From the NCBI GenBank assembly GCA_040954595.2, contig CM082593.2, forward strand, positions 11,173,477-11,237,476: DNA of 64,000 bases. Reading direction: 5' to 3'. Shown here piece after piece: positions 1-10,921 of the stretch. Origin of the DNA: Balanoglossus misakiensis (lineage: Eukaryota > Animalia > Hemichordata). The stretch's first letter is position 1. Every line of letters begins with the position of its first letter. The position numbers and the translations under genes are program-made. The notes below the pieces were generated by a model. The model ran no database searches, was not told where the DNA came from, and saw nothing but the letters and a program-made list of their open reading frames with translations.

Positions 1-267
1 CACAATTTAAACCAACATACCGAAACTGTCTTTCTCGGGAAAGCGTCGTTAAAACTTCACGAAAAATCATCCTATCATTGACTATGGTGTTTCATACACG
101 TCTTAGAAAAATGGGTGCACTACGATCACTTGTAGTACCGAAAATCTCCGTTTGAAAATTTTTCGAACTGGCCGTAACTGCCACTCAGCGACTTTCACAT
201 TCAAATAGATCTCTTTGATCTCACCGCCGTAATTACCCCACTTACGTCCTGACTGGTTAATACTTAC

Positions 268-1144
268 AAAGTGTATTACCTCCAACACCCCATGGACGGT
301 ATCATGTCATCACCAGTAGCTATAGGTTGTTTTAACACCTTGAGAGATAAAAATGGATTGTTACTGATAGATTACAAAGCACTGACAATACAAGAGGGGG
401 AGGGGTAAGGTTTGTTGAGAGCAGTTGTTTTTTGCTAAACATTAGTGAAAATATGAAATTATTGACATGTAGGATTTCAATTTTATGATGTAAGAGTATT
501 TTATAATATCTCACCGGGACTTCAGTTGTCGCTGTAGTATTTAACCCAAGTTTAACTGTGCCAACCACGTCCATGCATGGCAAGGTTTTCTCTCCCAAAA
601 GTTTCAGTTTGGTATCCCAGTTACCATCAGTTGCACTTACTCCACGCCTTCTAAGTTGAATGCGATTTACCATCACATGATTCATACTGTGGTGCAAAGA
701 CAATTAAAAACATCGATTGTAAGTCATTTAGTAGTGATACCATTGTGACCAAACCTCGTTTTAAAATACATGTAATCCGTACTCGAAACTATCATTTTTT
801 TCTTTCTAGAATATTAGAACGCGCTCAAAAATAAAAATGCGACCTGTAAGCGAGTGCCGCGTTTCAATTGGTACTGACGATAAACACCGCCACTCGGAGA
901 TAAAATCAACGTTTTTTTTAATGCAAGTGAACGCATGGAGGCGGCCATATTGAATTTAGGTTACATCCCAAGACATTCCGACTGGGCTTCAGGTGGATTC
1001 GGGAAAGGTCTCTAAAACATAATCGGTCATCCAATTTTGTATACTAAATTTCTAAAAATGTAGGACATGGGAGGTTAACATACCCACAATGACTACACAC
1101 AAAAAAGGGCCCAGGCGTTTCGGGGTGCGATTGTTACGTACCTT
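268..1144 (-). pseudogene. OB-fold-like gene copy C (3' part: intron, degenerate exon 3, probable exon 4)
   Basis: ORF 332..703 (ATDGNWDTKLKLLGEKTLPCMDVVGTVKLG..LNTTATTEVPV) aligns with the 8850-9056 exon. 930-1144 is the reverse complement of the 8431-8640 intron. A small AG/GT-bounded exon at ~268-338 reads VLKQPIATG../TVHGVLEVIHF with a frameshift. Confidence 0.75.
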
Positions 1145-1842
1145 AGCTCCATCATCTGCAACCATGCAGCCAAGGAGTGGCAGTGAAATTGTGCCTCATT
1201 GAGGATACAGTCTAGATCCGGAATTCAGCCAACGGCAAACTGTTTAGCGTGCCTTGTATGCAGCAGGATGGCAACGTTCTGGAACTTAAATTCTGGAAAG
1301 AAAATCCGAAATAGCTGAACAGATAACAGAAGAGAGAATACATACAGCTCCGCAACTTTTCCACTGGAAGATATAATACCATTTGCCTCTATGATAGAGC
1401 AAAGGTATGTTATAATCGCACCCCGAAACTTATCGGAAGGTCTTCGGATGTAATCCAATATGGCAGCCTCCATGCGATCACGTACATTGAAAATCCATTG
1501 ATTTCATCGCCGATTACCGATGTTTATCGTCAATACCGATTCAAACGCGGCACTCGTTTACAAGTCGCATTTATTTTCGATCGCGTTCCAATATTTTAAA
1601 CAAACTAGATTACTGATAAAAATGCTCAAAATTTTTCCTCCAAATGCCACCTTTACGGATTCAGTCACACAACTTACAGACTACGCCAAACTTTTTTCCA
1701 GATCATACCTTGCGGGCGAAAAGCGATGGATATACCTGAAAAATTTGTAACAGAATTGTATCATCCGCCACAAATAATGATATCAGAAGTCGAGATATCT
1801 CCACAGAAGAAGAGGGTGTGCGTTGTAGGAAAAGTCCATGAT
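1145..1842 (+). pseudogene. OB-fold-like gene copy A (damaged exon 1 plus intact exon 2 at 1702-1842)
   Basis: 1175-1403 is close to 8200-8432 but has an in-frame TAG and lacks the start. 1702-1842 is an ag/gt-bounded 141-bp phase-0 exon encoding IIPCGRKAMDIPEKFVTELYHPPQIMISEVEISPQKKRVCVVGKVHD, a typical OB-fold beta1 start. Confidence 0.75.
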
Positions 1843-1870
1843 GTGAGTACTGTCAAATGTTGCACAAATA

Positions 1871-2330
1871 GCCGTTAAACCTGAAATATAGATTGAAAGT
1901 GGATATTGTTTTACACAATTTTTGAACATTGAAGTAAAGTATTAGAATGATGGAATCCGATAAAAAAAGTGAGTTGGTAATTTCGGCATCCGACTTCGTT
2001 ATTAAAAATGGAAAGGTTTGCGATTCGGTTCAAGTAGTATTTGCAAGTTTGAAAGGAAATATTTCATTGAAGTACAGTGGCAACTACTGCATTATTGAGA
2101 ATCTTTGAAATGTTGATGAACGGAGACTTATAATAGAATAAATGAAAACCTACCTTTAACGGTGTTAGGGTTACTACACCTGACAGACCGCTGGTCTGCG
2201 TCCGACCGATTCTGAGCTCCTAGCTCTTGTGGAGACATGCGGAGGTACAGCGGGTTAACGGTTAGGAAGTGTTGATGAAAGGAATGATTAATTACATAGG
2301 CCAATCAGGATCCTGGAGTTAGATATTCGA
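1871..2330 (-). repeat. Left arm of inverted repeat (promoter, 5'UTR exon and first intron of the OB-fold gene); partner is 5890-6055 plus 7876-8159, with partial copies at 3830-4050 and 4051-4390
   Basis: Direct reverse-complement match, e.g. gccgttaaacctgaaa at 1871 vs tttcaggtttaacggc ending at 8159, and the gagctcctagctcttgtggagacatgcggagg block. Confidence 0.9.
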
Positions 2331-5300
2331 GTGAAATGGTGGAAAAACGGGAATGCCGATTGGTTCAATTTAACCGGAGGGAAATTGCTACATTATATGA
2401 CGTCAGTTGCGAACGATAATGCATATATTAAGCTAAGGTTGAATCCGGTTTTTCCATCAAGCACAAGCATATTTCAGTCATAAAAAAAACGAAGAGAATA
2501 ACACTAAAAAAATATTTCCTTTTTAAAAACTTCACTATAGCATTATTATAATGATGTACGTCGTACATAAAATGATACACGTGACATCGACTTGTTCAGA
2601 GTTTTAAAACAGGTAGAGAGTGCCCATGGGTAACCCGAAAACACACAAACCGGGTAAAAAATGAAAGTCCTGCGAAGGCCAGGAGTATACACTGAAAAAT
2701 TACAATAAATCTAGTACAAAAGTTTGTATCCTCACGAATAATTAACTCTGATTGCATAAGTTTATTTCCGTCTCATTACCTTCTGAAAGCAAATCACTCA
2801 CTTGCCGGTAAAAGTTGAGTAAAATACTACATCTAAACTGCATAGCGATGGCGGCCCATAAAAATAATTGCCCAGTGTCCCACTCGCAATGCACAACTTT
2901 TTAGGCCAAGTGCTAATGATATTCGAATTTTCGAAGGTTACGCAATATACACATACATGTATAAATATTAATTTACGAACAATTTCCAGTGTTCACGCTG
3001 GGATTTCTTTCGTTCTAGTTTACTCGTTATATAATGTACCAATTCCCTCCGGTAAGTTGAGCCGATTCCCATCACTTTGAGCCAATCGATATTCATGGTT
3101 TTTCAGCATTTCAGTCGACTATATTTACACCTGTTGCATGTCTTTGCAGTTTTTGACTTGACGCTTACAACCGAGTCGCACCGCACGCAGTACTATCTTG
3201 TTGTCTTCATGTTTAGTTGTTGTTTTGCGCACACTATTTGCACAAAAATATCTGCTCGTTTTGTTATCAACGATCGAGTATATGTTAGGAAGTCCGACAT
3301 AGAGAACTTTGTTCTAAATATTCAATGCCCCACAAATGATGTACTAGACTGCTCGACACAACACACCCCAGCCATACTCCATTAGTACACGCCACAAACA
3401 CCGTATTTATACAGCCTGAGGGATTTCAGCTTCGAACTTATTGCCCAATCATATTCGACTATTTCCAACCAATCCCCTTCTGACTAATTGACCAATCACA
3501 CGCTTCGAGCATAATTTCCAAAAAAGGGAAAACTAACGAATTTGCTACATCTTTCCGGTTTCATCTTCAACAGTTTCTAACATTTTTTTGGACCCCCCCC
3601 CCCTCGATAAACACCCATACTCAAAGGGTAACTTCATTTAATTGTCAGTAAATAAAATCAATTCACAGTCTTATTACATGTACTATTTATAATATACTCA
3701 AATTTCCACTACAAAATATCTGTATATGTGCGTTAAATTCTGAAATCTTTCCACCCAAACCTCTAGTTATGCAAATTTAAATTGCTGTCTGTTGCGTTCG
3801 CCTACGGTTTCTCATTTTCGGACATTCGAATCTAACTCCTGATTGGCCTATAAACTTATTTCTTTCATCAACACTTTCTAACCGTTAACCCGCTGTACCT
3901 CCGCATGTCTCCACAAGAGCTAGGAGCTCAGAATCGGATGAACGAGACAAGCGGTCTCTCACGTTTAGTAACCGTAACACCGTTAAAGGTAGGTTTTCAT
4001 TGATTCTAATAAGTCTCCGTTCATCAACATTTCAAAAATTCTCCATAACCATCCGACTTCGTTATTAAAAATGGAAAGATTTGCGATTTGAGATTCGGTT
4101 ACCATTTGCAAGTTTGAAAGGAAATATTTCATTGAAGTACAGTGGCAACTACTGCATTATTGAGAATCTTTGAAATGTTGATGAACGGAGACTTATAATA
4201 GAATAAATGAAAACCTACCTTTAACGGTGTTAGGGTTACTACACCTGACAGACCGCTGGTCTGCGTCCGACCGATTCTGAGCTCCTAGCTCTTGTGGAGA
4301 CATGCGGAGGTACAGCGGGTTAACGGTTAGGAAGTGTTGATGAAAGGAATGATTAATTACATAGGCCAATCAGGATCCTGGAGTTAGATATTCGAGTGAA
4401 ATGGTGGAAAAACGGGAATGCCGATTGGTTCAATTTAACCGGAGGGAAATTGCTACATTATATGACGTCAGTTGCGAACGATAATGCATATATTAAGCTA
4501 AGGTTGAATCCGGTTTTTCCATCAAGCACAAGCATATTTCAGTCATAAAAAAACGAAGAGAATAACACTAAAAAAATATTTCCTTTTTAAAAACTTCACT
4601 ATAGCATTATTATAATGATGTACGTCGTACATAAAATGATACACGTGACATCGACTTGTTCAGAGTTTTAAAACAGGTAGAGAGTGCCCGTGGGTAACCC
4701 GAAAACACACAAACCGGGTAAAAAATGAAAGTCCTGCGAAGGCCAGGAGTATACACTGAAAAATTACAATAAATCTAGTACAAAAGTTTGTATCCTCACG
4801 AATAATTAACTCTGATTGCATAAGTTTATTTCCGTCTCATTACCTTCTGAAAGCAAATCACTCACTTGCCGGTAAAAGTTGAGTAAAATACTACATCTAA
4901 ACTGCATAGCGATGGCGGCCCATAAAAATAATTGCCCAGTGTCCCACTCGCAATGCACAACTTTTTAGGCCAAGTGCTAATGATATTCGAATTTTCGAAG
5001 GTTACGCAATATACACATACATGTATAAATATTAATTTATGAACAATTTCCAGTGTTCACGCTGGGATTTCTTTCGTTCTAGTTTACTCGTTATATAATG
5101 TACCAATTCCCTCCGGTAAGTTGAGCCGATTCCCATCACTTTGAGCCAATCGATATTCATGGTTTTTCAGCATTTCAGTCGACTATATTTACACCTGTTG
5201 CATGTCTTTGCAGTTTTTGACTTGACGCTTACAACCGAGTCGCACCGCACGCAGTACTATCTTGTTGTCTTCATGTTTAGTTGTTGTTTTGCGCACACTA

Positions 5301-6055
5301 TTTGCACAAAAATATCTGCTCGTTTTGTTATCAACGATCGAGTATATGTTAGGAAGTCCGACATAGAGAACTTTGTTCTAAATATTCAATGCCCCACAAA
5401 TGATATACTAGACTGCTCGACACAACACACCCCAGCCATACTCCATTAGTACACGCCACAAACACCGTATTTATACAGCCTGAGGGATTTCAGCTTCGAA
5501 CTTATTGCCCAATCATATTCGACTATTTCCAACCAATCCCCTTCTGACTAATTGACCAATCACACGCTTCGCGCATAATTTCCAAAAAAGGGAAAACTAA
5601 CGAATTTGCTACATCTTTCCGGTTTCATCTTCAACAGTTTCTAACATTTGTTTGGACCCCCTCCCCTCGATAAACACCCATACTCAAAGGGTAACTTCAT
5701 TTAATTGTCAGTAAATAAAATCAATTCACAGTCTTATTACATGTACTATTTATAATATACTCAAATTTCCACTACAAAATATCTATATATGTGCGTTAAA
5801 TTCTGAAATCTTTCCACCCAAACCTCTAGTTATGCAAATTTAAATTGCTGTCTGTTGCGTTCGCCTACGGTTTCTCGAGCTCATTTTCGGACATTCGAAT
5901 CTAACTCCTGATTGGCCTATAAACTTATTTCTTTCATCAACACTTTCTAACCGTTAACCCGCTGTACCTCCGCATGTCTCCACAAGAGCTAGGAGCTCAG
6001 AATCGGATGAACGAGACAAGCGGTCTCTCACGTTTAGTAACCGTAACACCGTTAA
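1988..6055 (+). repeat. Near-identical ~2.06-kb tandem duplication (1988-4050 and 4051-6055)
   Basis: The copies are offset by ~2064 bp. ORFs 3077..3385 and 5141..5449 differ by one residue, and only scattered SNPs/indels are visible. Confidence 0.95.
5908..5923 (+). promoter_or_regulatory. Putative CCAAT (reverse) plus TATA promoter of OB-fold gene copy B
   Basis: ctgattggccTATAAA lies ~130 bp upstream of a donor-like ttaaag|gtaggt (now split by the Kolobok insertion). The matching acceptor tttttcag| is at 8149, just before ATG 8163. Confidence 0.45.
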
Positions 6056-7871
6056 AGTGAACCGACACCTTCCTTGTAGAGAGATTCTAATAAAATCTTT
6101 GTGAAAAACATGAGTGATTTGCGTCGTTTTTATTCACTTTCACTTATCGCACAGCAGCGTAGCGTCGATCTCGATATGCAGTGTGACGTCACCAACTACG
6201 CACCAGTAGCAGACGCCACCGTGCGCACGCTAACGTACACAGACAGTTGACATGGCTGGCTCCCTCGCAAGTGGGAGCAAAAACAGAGTTGGCAAAAACA
6301 CGGTGAAAGGTTTTATAAGAGTTCCCGACCCTTCGGTGGACAGTCAAAATGCAAATCGACCTGAAAAATGGGTGTCAAACATTGGCATATTATTTCGGTG
6401 CTTATTGCTGAGACAGATGATACTTTTGCTTCGGAAATGTTCGTGTTCAACTAGGCCCTATATCGTGAAGCATATTGCAAAAAAAAAAAAAAAAACTACA
6501 CAGCAAAAATTGTCGAAACAGCCGGGGCTCCTGATTTCCTTTGATCACCATATGACGAAACCGATTTTTTGGCACTGTAAATCAAAACTCTGATCGGAAG
6601 AAAGTAGTGTGGCGGAAATAGGCCTACTAGTGAACACTGTTTTTGTCGCGTACCCAAGCTGTGAATGCATCGCAAAACCATTTCCAAAGACGCGATATGG
6701 AGTTTTCAAACAAAGATATCGTCGGATTTTTGTACGAACCCGAATACAGCAGCGATGAGATGGTAGGCGACTCAAGTGAAACTGATTCCAATAGTACAGA
6801 GGCAAGTGTAGACAGCAAAGACGATCGAGAAGAGTGATCGGCTTCGTCTTTCATCACGCTCATGCTCATGGTGTAGCTGCGCTGCGGTAAATGCGAAGTT
6901 ATTTCTACTGTCAAGGAATGCCGGTGCTGCCATGAAATAGATGTCTTGACAAGGCAGTTAGATAAAGACTTGAATGACATATCACGAAGCCATGCGATAA
7001 TTTTTGACATTTAGTCACCCATGTCATAATAGGGACCCTCGTGATTTCCCAAAAGAATAGAAAGTAAGCCTATTGTCACTCTCGCGAAAATGTCTACCAC
7101 ACGTGTCTACCATCCTTTACGTTGATCAACAGCTGTGAAAAGATGCGGCTTTGTTGATCAAAGGGAGGCAGAAACTCCGATTGTCATGTTTCGAGTACAT
7201 CTGTGGTGCTTCCAGATGGTAGAGGTGGTCGTTTTTGTCTTTGGAAATGGTTTTGCGATGCATTCACAGCTTGGGTACGCGACAAAAACAGTGTTCACTA
7301 GTAGGCCTATTTCCGCCACACTACTTTCTTCCGATCAGAGTTTTGATTTACAGTGCCAAAAATTCGGTTTCGTCATATGGTGATCAAAGGAAATCAGGAG
7401 CCCCGGCTGTTTCGACAATTTTTGCTGTGTAGTTTTTTTTTTTTTTTTGCAATATGCTTCACGATATAGGGCCTAGTTGAACACGAACATTTCCGAAGCA
7501 AAAGTATCATCTGTCTCAGCAATAAGCACCGAAATAATATGCCAATGTTTGACACCCATTTTTCAGGTCGATTTGCATTTTGACTGTCCACCGAAGGGTC
7601 GGGAACTCTTATAAAACCTTTCGCCGTGTTTTTGCCAACTCTGTTTTTGCTCCCACTTGCGAGGCAGCCAGCCATGTCAACTGTCTGTGTACGTTAGCGT
7701 GCGCACGGTGGCGTCTGCTACTGGTGCGTAGTGGGTGACGTCACACTGCATATCGAGATCGACGCTACGCTGCTGCGCGATAAGTGAAAGTGAATAAAAA
7801 CGACGCAAATCACTCATGTTTTTCACAAAGATTTTATTAGAATCTCTCTACAAGGAAGGTGTCGGTTCACT
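6056..7871. mobile_element. Non-autonomous Kolobok-type DNA transposon with ~635-bp palindromic arms
   Basis: TTAA duplicated at 6052-6055 and 7872-7875. Termini are AGTGAACCGACACC...GGTGTCGGTTCACT (RR..YY). Arms 6056-6691 and 7237-7871 are nearly identical. The empty site ccgttaaaggtagg is visible in the sister copy at ~3980-3993. Confidence 0.9.
6697..7013 (+). pseudogene. Remnant of KolX / P2X7-ballast-like Cys-rich accessory ORF inside the Kolobok element
   Basis: MEFSNKDIVGFLYEPEYSSDE... then, across a stop and a small duplication, SWCSC-GKCEVISTVKECRCCHEI. This matches the FEPE...WCxCxxC...ECxCCxE signature of KolX/P2RX7 C-terminal-like proteins (recognised from memory). Confidence 0.75.
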
Positions 7872-8162
7872 TTAAAGGTAGGTTTTCATTGATTCTAATA
7901 AGTCTCCGTTCATCAACATTTCAAAAATTCTCCATAACCCAGTAGTTGCCACTGTGCTTCAATGAAATATTTCCTTTCAAACTTGCAAATGGTAACCGAA
8001 TCTCAAATCGCAAATCTTTCCATTTTTAATAACGAAGTCGGATGCCGCAATCACCAACTCACTTTTTTATCGGACTCCATCATTCTAATACTTTACTTCA
8101 ATGTTCAAAAATTGTGTAAAACAATATCCACTCTCAATCTATTTTTCAGGTTTAACGGCGTT

Positions 8163-9056
8163 ATGGCATCCCCGGCTCCCGGTCCCTCATCCCCAACCAG
8201 CCAAGGCGTGGCACTGAAATTGCGCCTCATGGAGGATGTCGAGATCCGGAATTCCGCCAACGGGAAACTGTTTAGCGTGCCTTGTATGCAGCAGGATGGC
8301 AACGTTCTGGAACTTAAATTCTGGAAAGAAAATCCGAAGTGGCTGAACAGATTACAGAAGGGAGAATACGTACAGCTCCGCAACTTTTCCACTGGAAGAG
8401 ATAATACCATTTGCCTCTATGATAGAGCAAAGGTACGTTATAATCGCACCCCGTAACTTATGGGCCTGACTTTTTTTTTGCCGTAGTCATTTTGGGTATC
8501 TTAACCTCCCATCTTCTACATTTTTAGAAATTTACTCTACAAAATTGAATGACCCATTACATTTTAGAGACCTTTCCCGAATTCAACCGAAGCCCAATGG
8601 GAAGGTCTTCGGGTGTAATCCAATATGGCAGCCTCCATGCGATCACGTACATTGAAAATCCATTTATATGATACAACCATGCCTTGTCAACTCACCTCGG
8701 GTCAAAATTACTGCCATCGATTCATCATTTTGCAGTTCAAATTTTAAAAAGCAACTGACAAAAAACAACCACTCTTGCACTATTTCTCCACAACATTTAC
8801 TACTCGTAATTATTAACATTCAATGTTTTCCATTTTATTTCCACTACAGTATGAATCAGTGACACATACATCGAATTCTACAAAGAGACGTAAACTGACC
8901 ATACCTGATGGCACAAGAGATGCTGAAGTCAACCTTTGGGGTGAGAAAACAGCGCTGCCACTGGATGTAGGTGCCACAGTTAAACTAGGCCCATTGGTTA
9001 TCAACAGATATAAAACATCGTCCACATTAAATACAACAGCGACAACTGAAGTGGAG
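8163..9056 (+). CDS. OB-fold-like (RPA/SSB-type) gene copy B: exon 8163-8432 plus exon 8850-9056; exon 2 deleted, 3' end truncated
   Basis: Both exons are open and phase 0 with canonical gt/ag. Motifs LELKFW..GEYVQLRNF and LTIPDGTRDAEVNLWGE..VGATVKL resemble OB-fold strands (the D-x-T/S-x-x-x-x-V-x-L-W-G pattern). Confidence 0.65.
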
Positions 9057-9074
9057 GTGAGACATAAAATACTG

Positions 9075-10490
9075 TTCCTGATGCTCCGTGAGAACTGTCA
9101 AGTAGCCACGGTTCTAGGCGACATAGGATGGATGTCCACGGTACGGGAGGAGGCCATGCATGTATACGGGAAGGAAAAGACCGAAGCCAACCTGCCCGTA
9201 CCATCCGACGCAGCCATAAAAACCTGCACACTACCTCGGGAGTTCAATCCAGGCCGCGTACGTGGGGGATTCGTTGGCCATATCTCCCCGCAAGAGCCCA
9301 CAAGAACCACCACCGCAGCTGACGACCTGGAGGAAACTTTGAGCATCTTCCGGGATCCGCAGCTGGAAAAACAGGTACTCGGTGGCGACAAGGACCAGGC
9401 GATGGAGGTGTCGGAAGGGCCAGACCCACCCCGCACCCGTGTATCACCCCCAATAGCAGTAGCGAGAGACGGGGGAAACCAACGGCTGCTGTAGGAGCCA
9501 TCACCCCCACGCCAAGAAATGCTGCCGCTGCAGTCACTGATCAACCCATTGGAGCTGGAGGCGACGTTGGAGGCGGGGGAATATCTAATCCCCTGGGAAC
9601 TTCGACGCCACCCCGGCAGCCCTACTAGGTCCAGATCCCCAACCCGGTCGCCGCGACCGGAGCGTTCTCGAGAGGAAAGGCGGGACCGCCCACCTTCCCG
9701 TGAACGACCATCCTTTTCACGCTGGGGAGATCTCAGCCCCAGACGTCGATCACCGATCCGGTATCCGACGCCGGAACCGCCCAAAGAAGACGAACGCCGC
9801 TGGAGGAGCGCCAGGCCGGCCCGAAGGAGCCCCCTATCCTCTGTTCCACATTACTCATCAGGCCCTTCTCCATGTCCGTTCCCGGGAGGCCGGAGGTCCA
9901 CGCGCAAACTGAAGAAACACGCCTTTCAGTGCCACCTTCCAGTTATTTTTACTGAGAAGCCGGTAGTATTCCGCGAGTGGGACGCGGTGGAGGCGTTAGA
10001 GAAACTCACCTATACTGGCTGTGTGGTCCAGGAAATGAAATACCCGACCTGCTAGACTTCTATATCCGCAGGGGCGGACCTGGACGGATCCCTACGGAAT
10101 CCTTTTGTTCACCGGAGTCCATGGTGATGATGAAGCGCCTGTGCGTCTTCCAGGGGTGGGAGGTGCCGAACAGGTTCCGACTGAGCTCCCCCACCACACC
10201 AGCGATTCTCATCCACTGGCGTGTCCTTAGCATACTGCTGAGGTGGGTATCCCAATCACGACAGGAAGAATTCCGGGAAATCCGACCTCACCGGAAAACC
10301 TCATCAATCCGGACACAGCAACCAGAGAGGACGGGGGCGGAAGCAGTCGCACAGAATCCATCGACGCAGGGGGAGCGAGGACGCGCCAGGGGTTTTTGAT
10401 GCATTTTTTATCCCCCAAGCGTGCGCGGAGGAGTGCCGAGTGGAAGACACGCCCACCACCATAGATGACCTCACTGACTACGATGTTGGT
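9075..10490 (+). pseudogene. Decayed GC-rich ORF fragment, probably the accessory (TatD-linked) ORF of a different LTR retrotransposon
   Basis: Abrupt GC increase. Consecutive ORF pieces broken by stops and frameshifts, with an RS/P-rich tract, CPFPG..RKLKKHAFQCHLP and SPTTPAILIHWRVL. I recall these motifs upstream of TatD domains in invertebrate TE proteins; no TatD domain is visible here. Confidence 0.4.
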
Positions 10491-10498
10491 GTCCCCCC

Positions 10499-10702
10499 TG
10501 TTATGTTTCCATCAACATGGGAATAATAATGCGATCATAAGGTATAACAACAACCTATTTATTGATCGGCTGAAAAGACTCAACAATGTGCTTCGCCTTA
10601 TCTGGGCGGAAGTGACGTCGTACAGCAATTCATAAACAAGTGGAACACCAACAATGCAACACTAGAGGGCGCTATATTGATCGTAGCTGTCAGAATACTA
10701 CA
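10499..10702 (-). repeat. 3' LTR (204 bp); PPT at ~10703-10716
   Basis: tgttatgttt...atactaca, identical by eye to 15176-15379. The adjacent tcccctcttcttt is a polypurine tract on the minus strand. Confidence 0.95.
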
Positions 10703-10921
10703 TCCCCTCTTCTTTAAGATAAATTGTTTCAAAACTCTTTTTGAATACGAATGTCACTGTGAATTGTCCTGTGCAAACTCTGCATTCATCTTGAATCAGT
10801 CTTTGTCAAAATCAAACGCAACGAACATGAAAAATACTCTGGGAAAAATGTGATAAATTTTCCTCTGTATAACTCAACTTTCTGTGGAACAAATGGCGTA
10901 TCTCAATATCAGAAAAAGCTA

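Noticed and set aside
3077-5449. Duplicated 102-aa plus-strand ORFs
   Set aside because: TTG start and no motif; their identity simply reflects the recent tandem duplication.
6252-7675. Mirror ORFs 6252..6593 and 7394..7675 (MAGSLASGSKNR..)
   Set aside because: They arise from the palindromic transposon arms, differ in frame at a poly-A run and show no recognisable domain.
1871-8159. Polinton/Maverick terminal inverted repeats
   Set aside because: No AGT-repeat termini, 6-bp TSD, pPolB, integrase or capsid sequence. The repeats are better explained as duplicated promoter, exon and intron.
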